A stretch of DNA of 64,000 nucleotides from contig OZ220696.1 in NCBI GenBank assembly GCA_965116495.1, forward strand, positions 32,001 to 96,000, given 5' to 3'. This document shows, piece by piece, positions 39,914-48,973 of the stretch. The stretch is from Gammaproteobacteria bacterium (GTDB lineage Bacteria > Pseudomonadota > Gammaproteobacteria > Eutrophobiales > Eutrophobiaceae). Each line of letters begins with the position of its first letter. Within the stretch, counting starts at the first letter, position 1. Both the position numbers and the translations under genes were made by a program. The notes under the pieces were generated by a model. That model was not told the DNA's origin. It ran no database searches and was given only the letters and a program-made list of their open reading frames with translations.

Positions 39914-41830
39914 TCAATGATTTTTCGGGTTTCCGGCCAGGGAGTAATGATGGTCAAGCAATTCCGGATGAAGTCTGACTTGCTCGGGAAAGTCTTCTTC
40001 CAGTACCCAGATAATCCGCTTGTGCAAATGTTGTCGTACGCGTTTCAATATGCTTTGATACGCCACCTCGCGCATCAATACCCACTTGAACGTGTAACAG
40101 GCGTCTTCCGTATCTCCTGTTTTTACCAGTAACCCGGACCTGCACAGGGTGTTCAATGCATAATCGAGCTTATCCCGGTTTTGTGTCCAGATCTTTGTGA
40201 TCAGGCGATAGCTGAATTCCTGCCCCAGGGCAGCAGCAATCTGTGCCACTTCACGGGAGATTGAGTGCTGGTCGAGTCGCGCCATCAAAACAGCATGCAC
40301 TTTTTTGGGTATTTCTAAATCTGCAGGGACTGGCTGTAAATTCCCGGTTCCGGCCGGCTGTGTCTGTAAAGCTGTCCTGGTTAATTCTTCCAGGAAGAAA
40401 GGGATGCCGTCGCCCCCGGCAATAATCCGGGAGATAAGTTGTGTGGAAATTCGTTTCTCTCCGACTACCTGGCGAATGAACAATTCTGCGGCAGACCGTT
40501 TAAGTGGGCGCAAGGAAATTCTTTCCACATGGTCGTGTTCAAACCATTGTGGCGGCGGTCTGAAATGAATCCGGTGCGATATTGCCAGCAGCACCGGTTT
40601 CCCCCTTATTTTCGGTATCAGCTTGTCGAGCAACCCCAGCGACACCGGATCCATCCAGTGCGCGTCTTCCAGAATAATCAAATGGGGTTTCGCTTCAACC
40701 GGCTTTGCTGCCGGATTTTTTTCCGCAACGGACTCCGTACGGGCTGGCTCGACTGAAGCCTGGATTTGCTCGAGACAAGAGTACAGGTTGTCCTTGTTTT
40801 GTAGCGGTGAGCAGCGGAAAATGAACTGGTCTGATTTTTCCAGGGAGACATATGTGCGCAGTGTCTCCAGCAGGTTTGATTTTCCTATACCCGTCTCACC
40901 GCAGACCAGCACTACCCGGCCATTCCGGTGCCGGGCCAGCTTCCATTGCCCGATGACACGTTTGAATTCCTTGTTTCTGCCTACCAGTCCCGCCGGGTTG
41001 ATTTGCCCGGTGGTATGCAGGCGCTGTTCCATATCGGCGCTATTAACTACCTGCCACAGCATCTGTCGTTTGCTGAATCCTGCTAATGCATGTACCCCGA
41101 TATTCGCCAGCCTGAACCGGTTTTGTATGATATTGCGGGTTTCGGTGCTTACGATTACCGTATCGGGTTGCGCCAGTGTCTGTAATCTTGCGGCCAGGTT
41201 GGGAGCCTCTCCGATTACGGTTTCCTGCGGCTCGGCGCCGGCCCCTATTGGGTTGCCCACCACGACTAGCCCTGATGCAATCCCTATGCGGATGGAAATC
41301 CTGTTCCCGTTCCCGTCCCCCAGTCGGGTTTCCCCGGATTTAATCGAGGCGAGCAAATCCAGGGCCGCGGATACAGCACGCTCCGCATCGTCTTCATGGG
41401 TCTGGGGATAACCGAAATAACTCATAACGCCATCACCCATATTGCACGCGACGAAGCCGTCGTATTTGTTAATTATTGCAATGCAGAGGTTCCTGTAGTT
41501 CTGGATAACCTGTAACAGTTCCTCGGGGTCCAGTCTTGTGGCCAGACCGGTGGAATTAACCAGGTCACAGAACATGATGGTGAGATAGCGGCGTTCAACC
41601 CGGTTGATGGGATCAATATTTTCAACCGGCCCGTCATCGATAATCCGGCTGTAACAGGCATCTTCTTCCCGTATTGTTCCGGGTAACGGGTACCGACAGT
41701 TAGTGCAAAACCGGGATGCCGGTTCCCTGCCCGCATCGCAGCAACCACATTGCAATACCAGTGACGCCCCGAACCAGGAGCAAAAGTATCGCTGTTTAAG
41801 GCTTTCGCGATGGCAAGGAATATATTCCAT
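39914..41830 (-). CDS. Class III nucleotide cyclase with N-terminal Cys cluster and AAA/NTPase domain; short, no TPR tail
   Basis: CGCC...FCTNC; MFCDLVNST, MGDG, GEAPNLAARLQ; P-loop GETGIGKS; EDAHWMD; start uncertain. Confidence 0.85.
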   Translation of the reverse strand: MEYIPCHRESLKQRYFCSWFGASLVLQCGCCDAGREPASRFCTNCRYPLPGTIREEDACYSRIIDDGPVENIDPINRVERRYLTIMFCDLVNSTGLATRLDPEELLQVIQNYRNLCIAIINKYDGFVACNMGDGVMSYFGYPQTHEDDAERAVSAALDLLASIKSGETRLGDGNGNRISIRIGIASGLVVVGNPIGAGAEPQETVIGEAPNLAARLQTLAQPDTVIVSTETRNIIQNRFRLANIGVHALAGFSKRQMLWQVVNSADMEQRLHTTGQINPAGLVGRNKEFKRVIGQWKLARHRNGRVVLVCGETGIGKSNLLETLRTYVSLEKSDQFIFRCSPLQNKDNLYSCLEQIQASVEPARTESVAEKNPAAKPVEAKPHLIILEDAHWMDPVSLGLLDKLIPKIRGKPVLLAISHRIHFRPPPQWFEHDHVERISLRPLKRSAAELFIRQVVGEKRISTQLISRIIAGGDGIPFFLEELTRTALQTQPAGTGNLQPVPADLEIPKKVHAVLMARLDQHSISREVAQIAAALGQEFSYRLITKIWTQNRDKLDYALNTLCRSGLLVKTGDTEDACYTFKWVLMREVAYQSILKRVRQHLHKRIIWVLEEDFPEQVRLHPELLDHHYSLAGNPKNH

Positions 41831-42070
41831 TACAGCTAGAACATGGAGAGAATTAGTGACGGAAAAGCAGGGGAGCGGTCAAAAATGACGCAAGGCATTC
41901 CATCGCTGTCCCAATCCATTAAAGTCCGGGTGAGGCCTTTCCTTCTGCAGGTTTACTTCCAAAACCATCCACTGCAATACCGCTTGTGGTTTACAATATG
42001 TCCAGCTTAAACCAGATAACAACTACTGTCAATTCCCGTATCCTGTCCCTGGCCTCCGGTTCTTTCCAGC

Positions 42071-43138
42071 TCAGGGGCAGAATGCCTCATTGACCGCATC
42101 ACTCAGCCCGGCAAATTGTTCCAGGGCAGAGTTTGCAGCATTGATCTGTCCCCTCGCCCTGATCTCACTGTGTGTGCTGTGGCTGCTGAACCGCTCCGAG
42201 TCCCATGAGAAATAATCCTCGTTCAAGGCATCGGCACAGAAGCGGGCGGCCAACTCGAGGTATATCGTCAATGTTGCCGGCGGAATGGCGAGCCACTCCT
42301 CCCGTGTAAGCAACGTTCCAGCATGCCTGGCATAGCCTCTGAGCGCCGCGCGGCAGTGTGCCATTGAGAAATACCCGTCAGTCGTATCTTCGCCTGACGG
42401 GTTACACCAGGAACGCAGGGCGTCGCCCAGTTCCAGGTAAACCGGCATCTTGTTCAAGGTATCGAAATCCACCATGCATTTCACTTCCCGGTCATCGCTT
42501 GTGAAGATAAAGTTGGATATTTTCGGGTCACCGTGTACCAGCCTCCCGGCAACTGGGGGCAACCTGGGGAGTTGTTCCAGGCGCATCAGGATGGTTTCTC
42601 CCAGCGGTTTGATCGCGCTGTATCTTTTATGACTCCTGTTATTCTCCAGCGTGTTTTTCAGATGCAGGGTATGGCGGGACGTATCATGGGTGCCCGGCCG
42701 GGAGGTCTGTAACTCATAATCGAGCAGCGCCAGTCCGGTATGCAGGCGTCCCAGCATGGCGCCTGCCGCCCCTGCCTGCCCCGGCTGTTTCAGACGCTGA
42801 TGAATATTACCGCTGATATAACTGAATAAGCGCCAGATTTGGCCTGATTCCCGGTAAAATAGCATCCCGTGCCGGTCAGGCAGCAGCCTGGGGGTCAATA
42901 TGCCTGATTTCTCCAGGTGGCGGGTTACCACATCGATATCCAGGTTCACTTCAGGAGGAAACATCCTGTTTACAGCCTGCAGGATATATTCCGGTCCATT
43001 GACATCCATGACTCGATAGGTCTTGTTGATCAGGCCGCTTTCAACAGGTCGAACTCGGGCGGGACTGATTGCGTAAGCCGCGAGGACGTCACGGATATGG
43101 GCAGGTATCGGCGCTGTCATGACATGACAGAATCTCAC
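42071..43138 (-). CDS. Phosphotransferase, APH/choline kinase-like family
   Basis: GLINKTY, HGDPKISN, VDFDT. Confidence 0.85.
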   Translation of the reverse strand: MRFCHVMTAPIPAHIRDVLAAYAISPARVRPVESGLINKTYRVMDVNGPEYILQAVNRMFPPEVNLDIDVVTRHLEKSGILTPRLLPDRHGMLFYRESGQIWRLFSYISGNIHQRLKQPGQAGAAGAMLGRLHTGLALLDYELQTSRPGTHDTSRHTLHLKNTLENNRSHKRYSAIKPLGETILMRLEQLPRLPPVAGRLVHGDPKISNFIFTSDDREVKCMVDFDTLNKMPVYLELGDALRSWCNPSGEDTTDGYFSMAHCRAALRGYARHAGTLLTREEWLAIPPATLTIYLELAARFCADALNEDYFSWDSERFSSHSTHSEIRARGQINAANSALEQFAGLSDAVNEAFCP

Positions 43139-43246
43139 ACCGGTTGATTACATGCAATTTCAGTTTCCGGCTAAAATCCGGATATCAACCGGCGGACAGA
43201 CACTTCCAGGCCGGGGGAAAGCCGCACAATGACGGTGACGGGAAAC

Positions 43247-43282
43247 GTACCGGCAGTACCGGCAGTACCGGCGGTACCGGCA
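43247..43282. repeat. 9-bp tandem repeat (GTACCGGCR)x4
   Basis: GTACCGGCA GTACCGGCA GTACCGGCG GTACCGGCA. Confidence 0.9.
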
Positions 43283-43540
43283 ATTGCGCGTGTCCGGTTC
43301 TTGTTATAGAATAATCAATGATTGGACCTGGGGCCGGAATTCAGTTTTTCATATTCATTTAATATTTACTATTGTATAATCGCCGCTTGTCTGCTTGACT
43401 CTCGCCTGAACGGGCAGAATAATTTAAAAAAACTACGTGTGGATATCAAAAAGCCGATCAACTGAAGTGGATTAAGCAGTCCATATGCAGGGATTTTTGA
43501 GATTTGCCTTATATTATCACCGCGGGGAGGTTATTTCCTT

Positions 43541-44320
43541 ATGGGTATTATGAAAATATTAGTAACTTTGAAGAAGTTATTAGTGTTGGGTCTTATATTC
43601 GGATTCAGTTCGATCAGTTATAGCCAGGATGCGGTTGACGAGGTTGTGGAAGAGGGTGTTGCCCGTAACCAGGATGCTGTCGAGTCGCAGAAACGTATCG
43701 ACACAACGGCGAGTGAGGCGGAGAAACTGGCCTCGAGGTATCGGCGCGAACTGAAAGTCATTGACGGACTGAAGGTCTATAACGCACTGTTGCAGAAACA
43801 GGTGGATGATCAGAACCGGGAAAAACGCACGATTGCCGAATCGATTGACGAAATAGCGGTAGTGGAACGCCAGATCTTTCCTCTCATGCTCAGAATGGCG
43901 AATACCCTGGAACAGTTTGTCGAGCTTGACCGTCCTTTTCACATGGAGGAACGCCGCAAAAGAGTTGCAGACCTGAAAGCTTATATCGGCGACGCCGGAA
44001 TCAGCGCAGCGGAAAAGTTGCGCCTGGTGCTTGAAGCCTATCGAATCGAGACGAGTTTCGGCGGTGACCTGGATGAATACAACGATGTCATCGAGATCAA
44101 CGGTCAGGAACGACCGGTGAATGTTCTGCGGTTTGGTCGTCTGGTGCTGGCCTACCAGACCGACGACGGCAAGGAGAACGGTGTCTGGGACCAGGAAGCC
44201 AGGGAATGGGTACCGTTGGAATCTGCAGAGTATCGCAATTATATCCGCCAGGGATTGAAAATTGCCAGAAAACAGCTTCCGCCCGATATATTCATATTGC
44301 CGGTGAGTGCGGCGCAGTAA
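43541..44320 (+). CDS. DUF3450-family periplasmic protein (TtpB-like)
   Basis: Signal peptide; coiled coil; D.PF..EER..R, AEK.R.VLEAY.IE, LR.GR; first gene of the ton operon. Confidence 0.82.
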   Translation: MGIMKILVTLKKLLVLGLIFGFSSISYSQDAVDEVVEEGVARNQDAVESQKRIDTTASEAEKLASRYRRELKVIDGLKVYNALLQKQVDDQNREKRTIAESIDEIAVVERQIFPLMLRMANTLEQFVELDRPFHMEERRKRVADLKAYIGDAGISAAEKLRLVLEAYRIETSFGGDLDEYNDVIEINGQERPVNVLRFGRLVLAYQTDDGKENGVWDQEAREWVPLESAEYRNYIRQGLKIARKQLPPDIFILPVSAAQ

Positions 44321-44336
44321 CAGAGGAGACCCAGAC

Positions 44337-45713
44337 GTGAAACTTTACCAATACCTAATCGTTGTTTTATTGCTTTCTGGTTATCTCTCTCCCGCAGTTG
44401 CCGCCGATGAGGCGATGTCGCTTGATTCGCTTCTGGATCAGGTGCAGCAAGGCAGGATCGATGAATCCAAGGAGAACCTGGCCAGGGAGGAAGCATTTGA
44501 ACGTAACAAGGCCAGCCAGGCTGGGCTACTCCAGAAGGCGAACCAGGAAAGGGCCGCCCTGGAGGCGGTCAGTGAACGTTTGGAGAAGGAGTTTGAGACC
44601 AACCAGGACGATATAGACCTGTTGAAACAGGATTTGCAGGATGCCCTGGGGTCATTAAAGGAACTGTTTGGTGTACTGCAGACTGCTGCGGGTGATTCCC
44701 GTGCTACATTCGACGCTTCATTGACCAATATCGAATATCCGCACCGCGGTGATTTCATGACCGTGCTGGCTGAGAAAATGGGCTCCGGCAGCGAACTGGC
44801 ATCCCTGGAGGAAATTGAAGAGCTCTGGTTCGAGATCCAGCGGGAGATGACCGAGACCGGCAAGGTGAAGCGCTTCACGGGGAACGTTGTCCTGCCTGAT
44901 GGGCAAGAAGTGGAAAAAGACATCATAAGGGTAGGCGTATTCAACCTGGTTGCCGACGGCAAATATCTCAAATATGACCCGGAAACACAGAAGATTTCCG
45001 AACTGCTGCGCCAGCCGGAAGACCGGTTTGTCAGTGGCGCCGAAGACCTGGATGAGGCTGAAGGAGGTTTTGTCCCCTTCGGGCTGGACCCGACCAAGGG
45101 CCAGTTGCTGGGACAGTTGGTTGATGTTCCCAGCTGGTATGAGCGGTCCACGACCCAGGGCGGGACAGTGGGCTGGATTATCATCGGCCTGGGCATCTTC
45201 GGCATCACTGTCGCCCTGCTCAGGATACTTTACATGATGGGTGTCAGCATGTCGGTTGCCAAGCAGGTACGTAATGTGAATAATCCGTCCGGCAATAATC
45301 CGCTTGGCCGGGTATTGCTCGCCTATCATGAGAACAAGGATATCGATGTGGAATCCCTGGAATTGAAGATGGGCGAAGCGGTGCTACGCGAGGTTCCCAA
45401 GCTGAGTCGGTTAAATACGCTGATCAAGGTTATCTCCGTGGTTGCCCCGTTGCTGGGGTTGCTGGGAACGGTTATCGGTATGATCGTGACGTTCCAGTCC
45501 ATCACCTTGTTCGGTACCGGTGACCCGAAACTCATGGCAGGCGGTATTTCACAGGCCTTGATTACCACCATGCTGGGCTTGTGCGTTGCCATTCCGACGG
45601 TGTTCCTGCACAGCATGATGGCCGGCCAGAGCCGCAGGATCATCGAGACACTGGAAGGGCAGGCAACCGGTTTTGTCGCAGAGGCATCGGAGCAACAGCA
45701 CCGGACAGCATGA
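44337..45713 (+). CDS. Long MotA/TolQ/ExbB protein with periplasmic N-domain (TtpC-like)
   Basis: GTG start after GAGGAG; DPTKG; APLLGLLGTVIGMI; GGISQALITT. Confidence 0.88.
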   Translation: MKLYQYLIVVLLLSGYLSPAVAADEAMSLDSLLDQVQQGRIDESKENLAREEAFERNKASQAGLLQKANQERAALEAVSERLEKEFETNQDDIDLLKQDLQDALGSLKELFGVLQTAAGDSRATFDASLTNIEYPHRGDFMTVLAEKMGSGSELASLEEIEELWFEIQREMTETGKVKRFTGNVVLPDGQEVEKDIIRVGVFNLVADGKYLKYDPETQKISELLRQPEDRFVSGAEDLDEAEGGFVPFGLDPTKGQLLGQLVDVPSWYERSTTQGGTVGWIIIGLGIFGITVALLRILYMMGVSMSVAKQVRNVNNPSGNNPLGRVLLAYHENKDIDVESLELKMGEAVLREVPKLSRLNTLIKVISVVAPLLGLLGTVIGMIVTFQSITLFGTGDPKLMAGGISQALITTMLGLCVAIPTVFLHSMMAGQSRRIIETLEGQATGFVAEASEQQHRTA

Positions 45714-45734
45714 TTCGGCTTTTGCTATTGACAG

Positions 45735-46316
45735 ATGACTGATCTTATTTATTTAATCCTGCGCGGCATTACCTCCCTGTTCGGCCTCGAGCAGGGCTTC
45801 ATCAATATGTGGGAAGCCATTCGTGATTTCCTGGAACTGGGGGGGCCTGTTTTATACCTGGTAGCCCTGGTGCTGGCGATTATGTGGCTGTGTATTGTGG
45901 AGCGGTTAATTTATTTCTCGTTGCGCCAGCCGCGTCTGTCGGAAGATGCCGTCAAGCGCTGGGACACGCGTCCGGAAAGGAAATCCTGGAATGCCCACCG
46001 GGTGCGGGAAGCCATGATATCGGATGTCAAGATCCAGGCGAATCAATTCCTGGGAACCATCAAGGTCTGTGTCGCCCTGTGCCCGCTGGTAGGTTTGCTG
46101 GGAACGGTAACAGGGATGGTCACGGTATTTGAGGTGATGGCTTTTCTTGGCACCGGCAATGCCAGGGCAATGGCGGCCGGGGTATCACAGGCCACGGTGC
46201 CGACCATGTCCGGCATGGTTGCGGCGCTGTCCGGTTATTTTATCAGTGTATGGTTACAGAGCAAGGCTGATTCAGAGGTTGAGAAACTGAGTGAGCACTT
46301 GACTATGGACCATTAA
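45735..46316 (+). CDS. exbB: ExbB-family protein
   Basis: CPLVGLLGTVTGM; MAAGVSQATVPTMSG. Confidence 0.88.
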   Translation: MTDLIYLILRGITSLFGLEQGFINMWEAIRDFLELGGPVLYLVALVLAIMWLCIVERLIYFSLRQPRLSEDAVKRWDTRPERKSWNAHRVREAMISDVKIQANQFLGTIKVCVALCPLVGLLGTVTGMVTVFEVMAFLGTGNARAMAAGVSQATVPTMSGMVAALSGYFISVWLQSKADSEVEKLSEHLTMDH

Positions 46317-46342
46317 CATATCTGCTGTGAGGAAGGTTAAAC

Positions 46343-46744
46343 ATGCGTAGAATCACCAGTGTATCCACCGATGACGAATCAGAGGTCAATATCACGCCTT
46401 TGATTGATATCGTATTCATCATGCTGATTTTCTTCATCGTGACTGCAACCTTTGTCAAGGAGGCGGGCATCGATGTGAACAAACCTGACGCACCGACTGC
46501 CGAAGTGAAGAAAAAAGCGAACATCCTGATAGCCATTGACGCCAACAACAATATCTGGCTGGACCGCAGGAAGATCGATGTCCGCTCCGTCATTCCGAAT
46601 ATCAAACGCCTGCGCTCCGAGAACCCGGAGGGATCAGTTGTCATACAGGCGGATGAGGAGTCCAAGAATAAAATGCTGGTCGAGGTCATGGACGCGGCGC
46701 GCCAGGCAGGCGTGACCAATATAGCGCTTGCAGCCGAAAAATAA
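46343..46744 (+). CDS. exbD: ExbD-family protein
   Basis: NITPLIDIVFIMLIFFIVT; IQAD; VMD. Confidence 0.92.
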   Translation: MRRITSVSTDDESEVNITPLIDIVFIMLIFFIVTATFVKEAGIDVNKPDAPTAEVKKKANILIAIDANNNIWLDRRKIDVRSVIPNIKRLRSENPEGSVVIQADEESKNKMLVEVMDAARQAGVTNIALAAEK

Positions 46745-46761
46745 CTGCGGGTCCTGGTCTG

Positions 46762-47391
46762 ATGCTAGCTCGAAGCTTATTCGTTGGCCGTTACATCGTA
46801 GCCGGTGGTTCTGCACTGGTTGTCGTATTCGGCCTGTTCTGGCTGATGCAGTACCTGATTAACATAGCTGACCGGGAACTGGATAAGGATGAAGCGGGCA
46901 GGATGCTGGAGTTTGTCCGGGTCAATCCCGAGGAGGTGGTCAACCGTCGTAAGCCGCCGCCGAAAAAACCTCCACCCCCGGATCAGCCGCCTCCGGAACC
47001 GCCGCCTCCTGCCATGGACAATATAACGCCGGAAGCCCAGAGCGTACAGGTGTCGGCAGCCCCGGTGAATACCAATATCAACCTGGACGCAAGCGGGTTT
47101 GGCCTGGCGCCCAGTGACGGTGAATATCTACCCATCGTCAAGGTCCAGCCCATCTATCCCCGACGGGCACAGTCGCGAGGTATTGAGGGTTACGTGATCG
47201 TTGAGTTTACCGTCACCAAAACGGGTACAACCAAGGATATTCATATAGTCGAAGCCGTCCCCCCGGGCATTTTCGACAAGGCCTCGCTACAGGCTGCAGC
47301 CAAGTTCAAGTATAAGCCCCGCGTCGTTGACGGCCAGCCCATAGAAGTGCCCGGCGTACAGAACAAGATCACTTTTGAACTTGAGGATTAA
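46762..47391 (+). CDS. tonB: Energy transducer TonB
   Basis: N-terminal TM, Pro-rich linker, PIYPRRA...IEGYV.VEF, FKYKP. Confidence 0.92.
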   Translation: MLARSLFVGRYIVAGGSALVVVFGLFWLMQYLINIADRELDKDEAGRMLEFVRVNPEEVVNRRKPPPKKPPPPDQPPPEPPPPAMDNITPEAQSVQVSAAPVNTNINLDASGFGLAPSDGEYLPIVKVQPIYPRRAQSRGIEGYVIVEFTVTKTGTTKDIHIVEAVPPGIFDKASLQAAAKFKYKPRVVDGQPIEVPGVQNKITFELED

Positions 47392-47409
47392 CGTTGGAGA
47401 TTGATGCTT

Positions 47410-48747
47410 ATGACTATTCGCTATACAACGGTTAAGCCCCTGCTTCTTCGAGCGGTGCTGCTGGCGCTTGCGCTCGTTATAGTCCCTGCTCTCGTTGTGT
47501 CAACTTCACCTTGGGTGTTCGCGCAGGAATCATCAAATAAGGGAGAGAAGCGGAAAACCCGGAAAACGCCTTCGATGAGTGAAAAGGTCTACAACAAATT
47601 GACGGAAGCGCAGGAACTGATTGAGGCAAGGAATTACGAAGCGGGATTGGCAGCCCTGAGTGACTTGGCACAGGAGCCGAAGTTGTCGAGCTATGAAAGA
47701 GCGCAGTTGTACAATTATTTTGCCTATACCTATTTCACCCTGGAACGATACAAGGACGCCATATCCTCGTATGAGAAAGTGCTGGCGCAACCGGACCTGC
47801 CTGAGGCGCTGGAAACTAATTCCCTGTATACCCTCGCCCAGCTTTATTTCATTATCGAAGATTATAAAAAGGCGGTAGACATCATCAACAGGTGGTTTGC
47901 CGTGACGGAAAAACCCACTGAAAATGCCTACATGCTGCTGGGTCAGGGCTATTATCAGTTGGAGCAATACAAGAATTCGCTGGTTCCCCTGAATAAGGCT
48001 TACGCCATGGTCAAGGCCCGTGGCGACATACCGAAAGAAAACCTGATGCTGTTGCTCCGGGTGGACTACTTCAATCTCGGCGATTACGACAATATGCTGA
48101 AGATTTTAAAGGAGCTGGTCATCTATTATCCCAAGTCGGAGTACTGGCTGACCATGGCCGGTACTTACTCGGAATTGAAACGACTGGACAAGCAGATGTC
48201 CATCCTGGAAATGATGTATGAAGCAGGCACGCTGCAGAGAGGCAACCAGCAACTGAACCTGGCCAACCTGTACATGCTGCATGAAGCGCCCTACAAGGCT
48301 GCGGTATTGCTGGAAAAGGGAATGGAAGAGGGGAAAATCGAGGAAAATATCAGGAACTTGAGACTGTTGTCACAGGCCTGGCTGCAGGCCCAGGAGAATG
48401 AAAAATCACTTCCGCCTTTACAACATGCTGCCCGGTTATCCAAGGATGGCGAACTGGATATGCGCCTCGCCCAGGCTTATATCAATCTGTACAGGTATGA
48501 TGAAGCCATTAAATCCCTGCGCACTGCGTTCAAGAAGGGCGGTCTGAAGCGTGGCGACCAGGCCAATATCATGCTGGGGCTTGCCCTGTTTGAGACACAG
48601 AAATTTGATGCATCCCTTAACGCCTTCCGCGAGGCCAGCAAGGACAAGAGGAGCCGCAAGGCCGCAGAAACCTGGCTGGGCTACGTTAACAGCGAGAAAG
48701 AAAGAAAGAAGCAGCTTGAAGAGAGCCTGAAACAACGCCGCAGTTGA
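47410..48747 (+). CDS. Tetratricopeptide-repeat protein (TtpD-like)
   Basis: N-terminal hydrophobic segment, repeated TPR-like helices, APYKAA; last gene of the ton operon; start uncertain. Confidence 0.82.
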   Translation: MTIRYTTVKPLLLRAVLLALALVIVPALVVSTSPWVFAQESSNKGEKRKTRKTPSMSEKVYNKLTEAQELIEARNYEAGLAALSDLAQEPKLSSYERAQLYNYFAYTYFTLERYKDAISSYEKVLAQPDLPEALETNSLYTLAQLYFIIEDYKKAVDIINRWFAVTEKPTENAYMLLGQGYYQLEQYKNSLVPLNKAYAMVKARGDIPKENLMLLLRVDYFNLGDYDNMLKILKELVIYYPKSEYWLTMAGTYSELKRLDKQMSILEMMYEAGTLQRGNQQLNLANLYMLHEAPYKAAVLLEKGMEEGKIEENIRNLRLLSQAWLQAQENEKSLPPLQHAARLSKDGELDMRLAQAYINLYRYDEAIKSLRTAFKKGGLKRGDQANIMLGLALFETQKFDASLNAFREASKDKRSRKAAETWLGYVNSEKERKKQLEESLKQRRS

Positions 48748-48973
48748 TTTGAATTACAGCTGACGCAAAAGTTTGCGATTATATTTTATATCAGCGCAGG
48801 TTTTCCCGGCAAATCTAACTGTAAATTTCCCTGCAGCACAGAATACACTGGGAAATGTTTTATGTTATCTACGTAAATCCATGCCCCCCTGCTGACGACA
48901 TGCAAGGGCAGGCTCTGTATGTTTGAAGCAGGGGTGCGTAATCTGCGGATAAATTACCCACCTGTGAATAATC

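Noticed and set aside
42071-43138. Aminoglycoside resistance gene
   Set aside because: Only the generic APH-fold motifs are visible; length and context fit a metabolic kinase.
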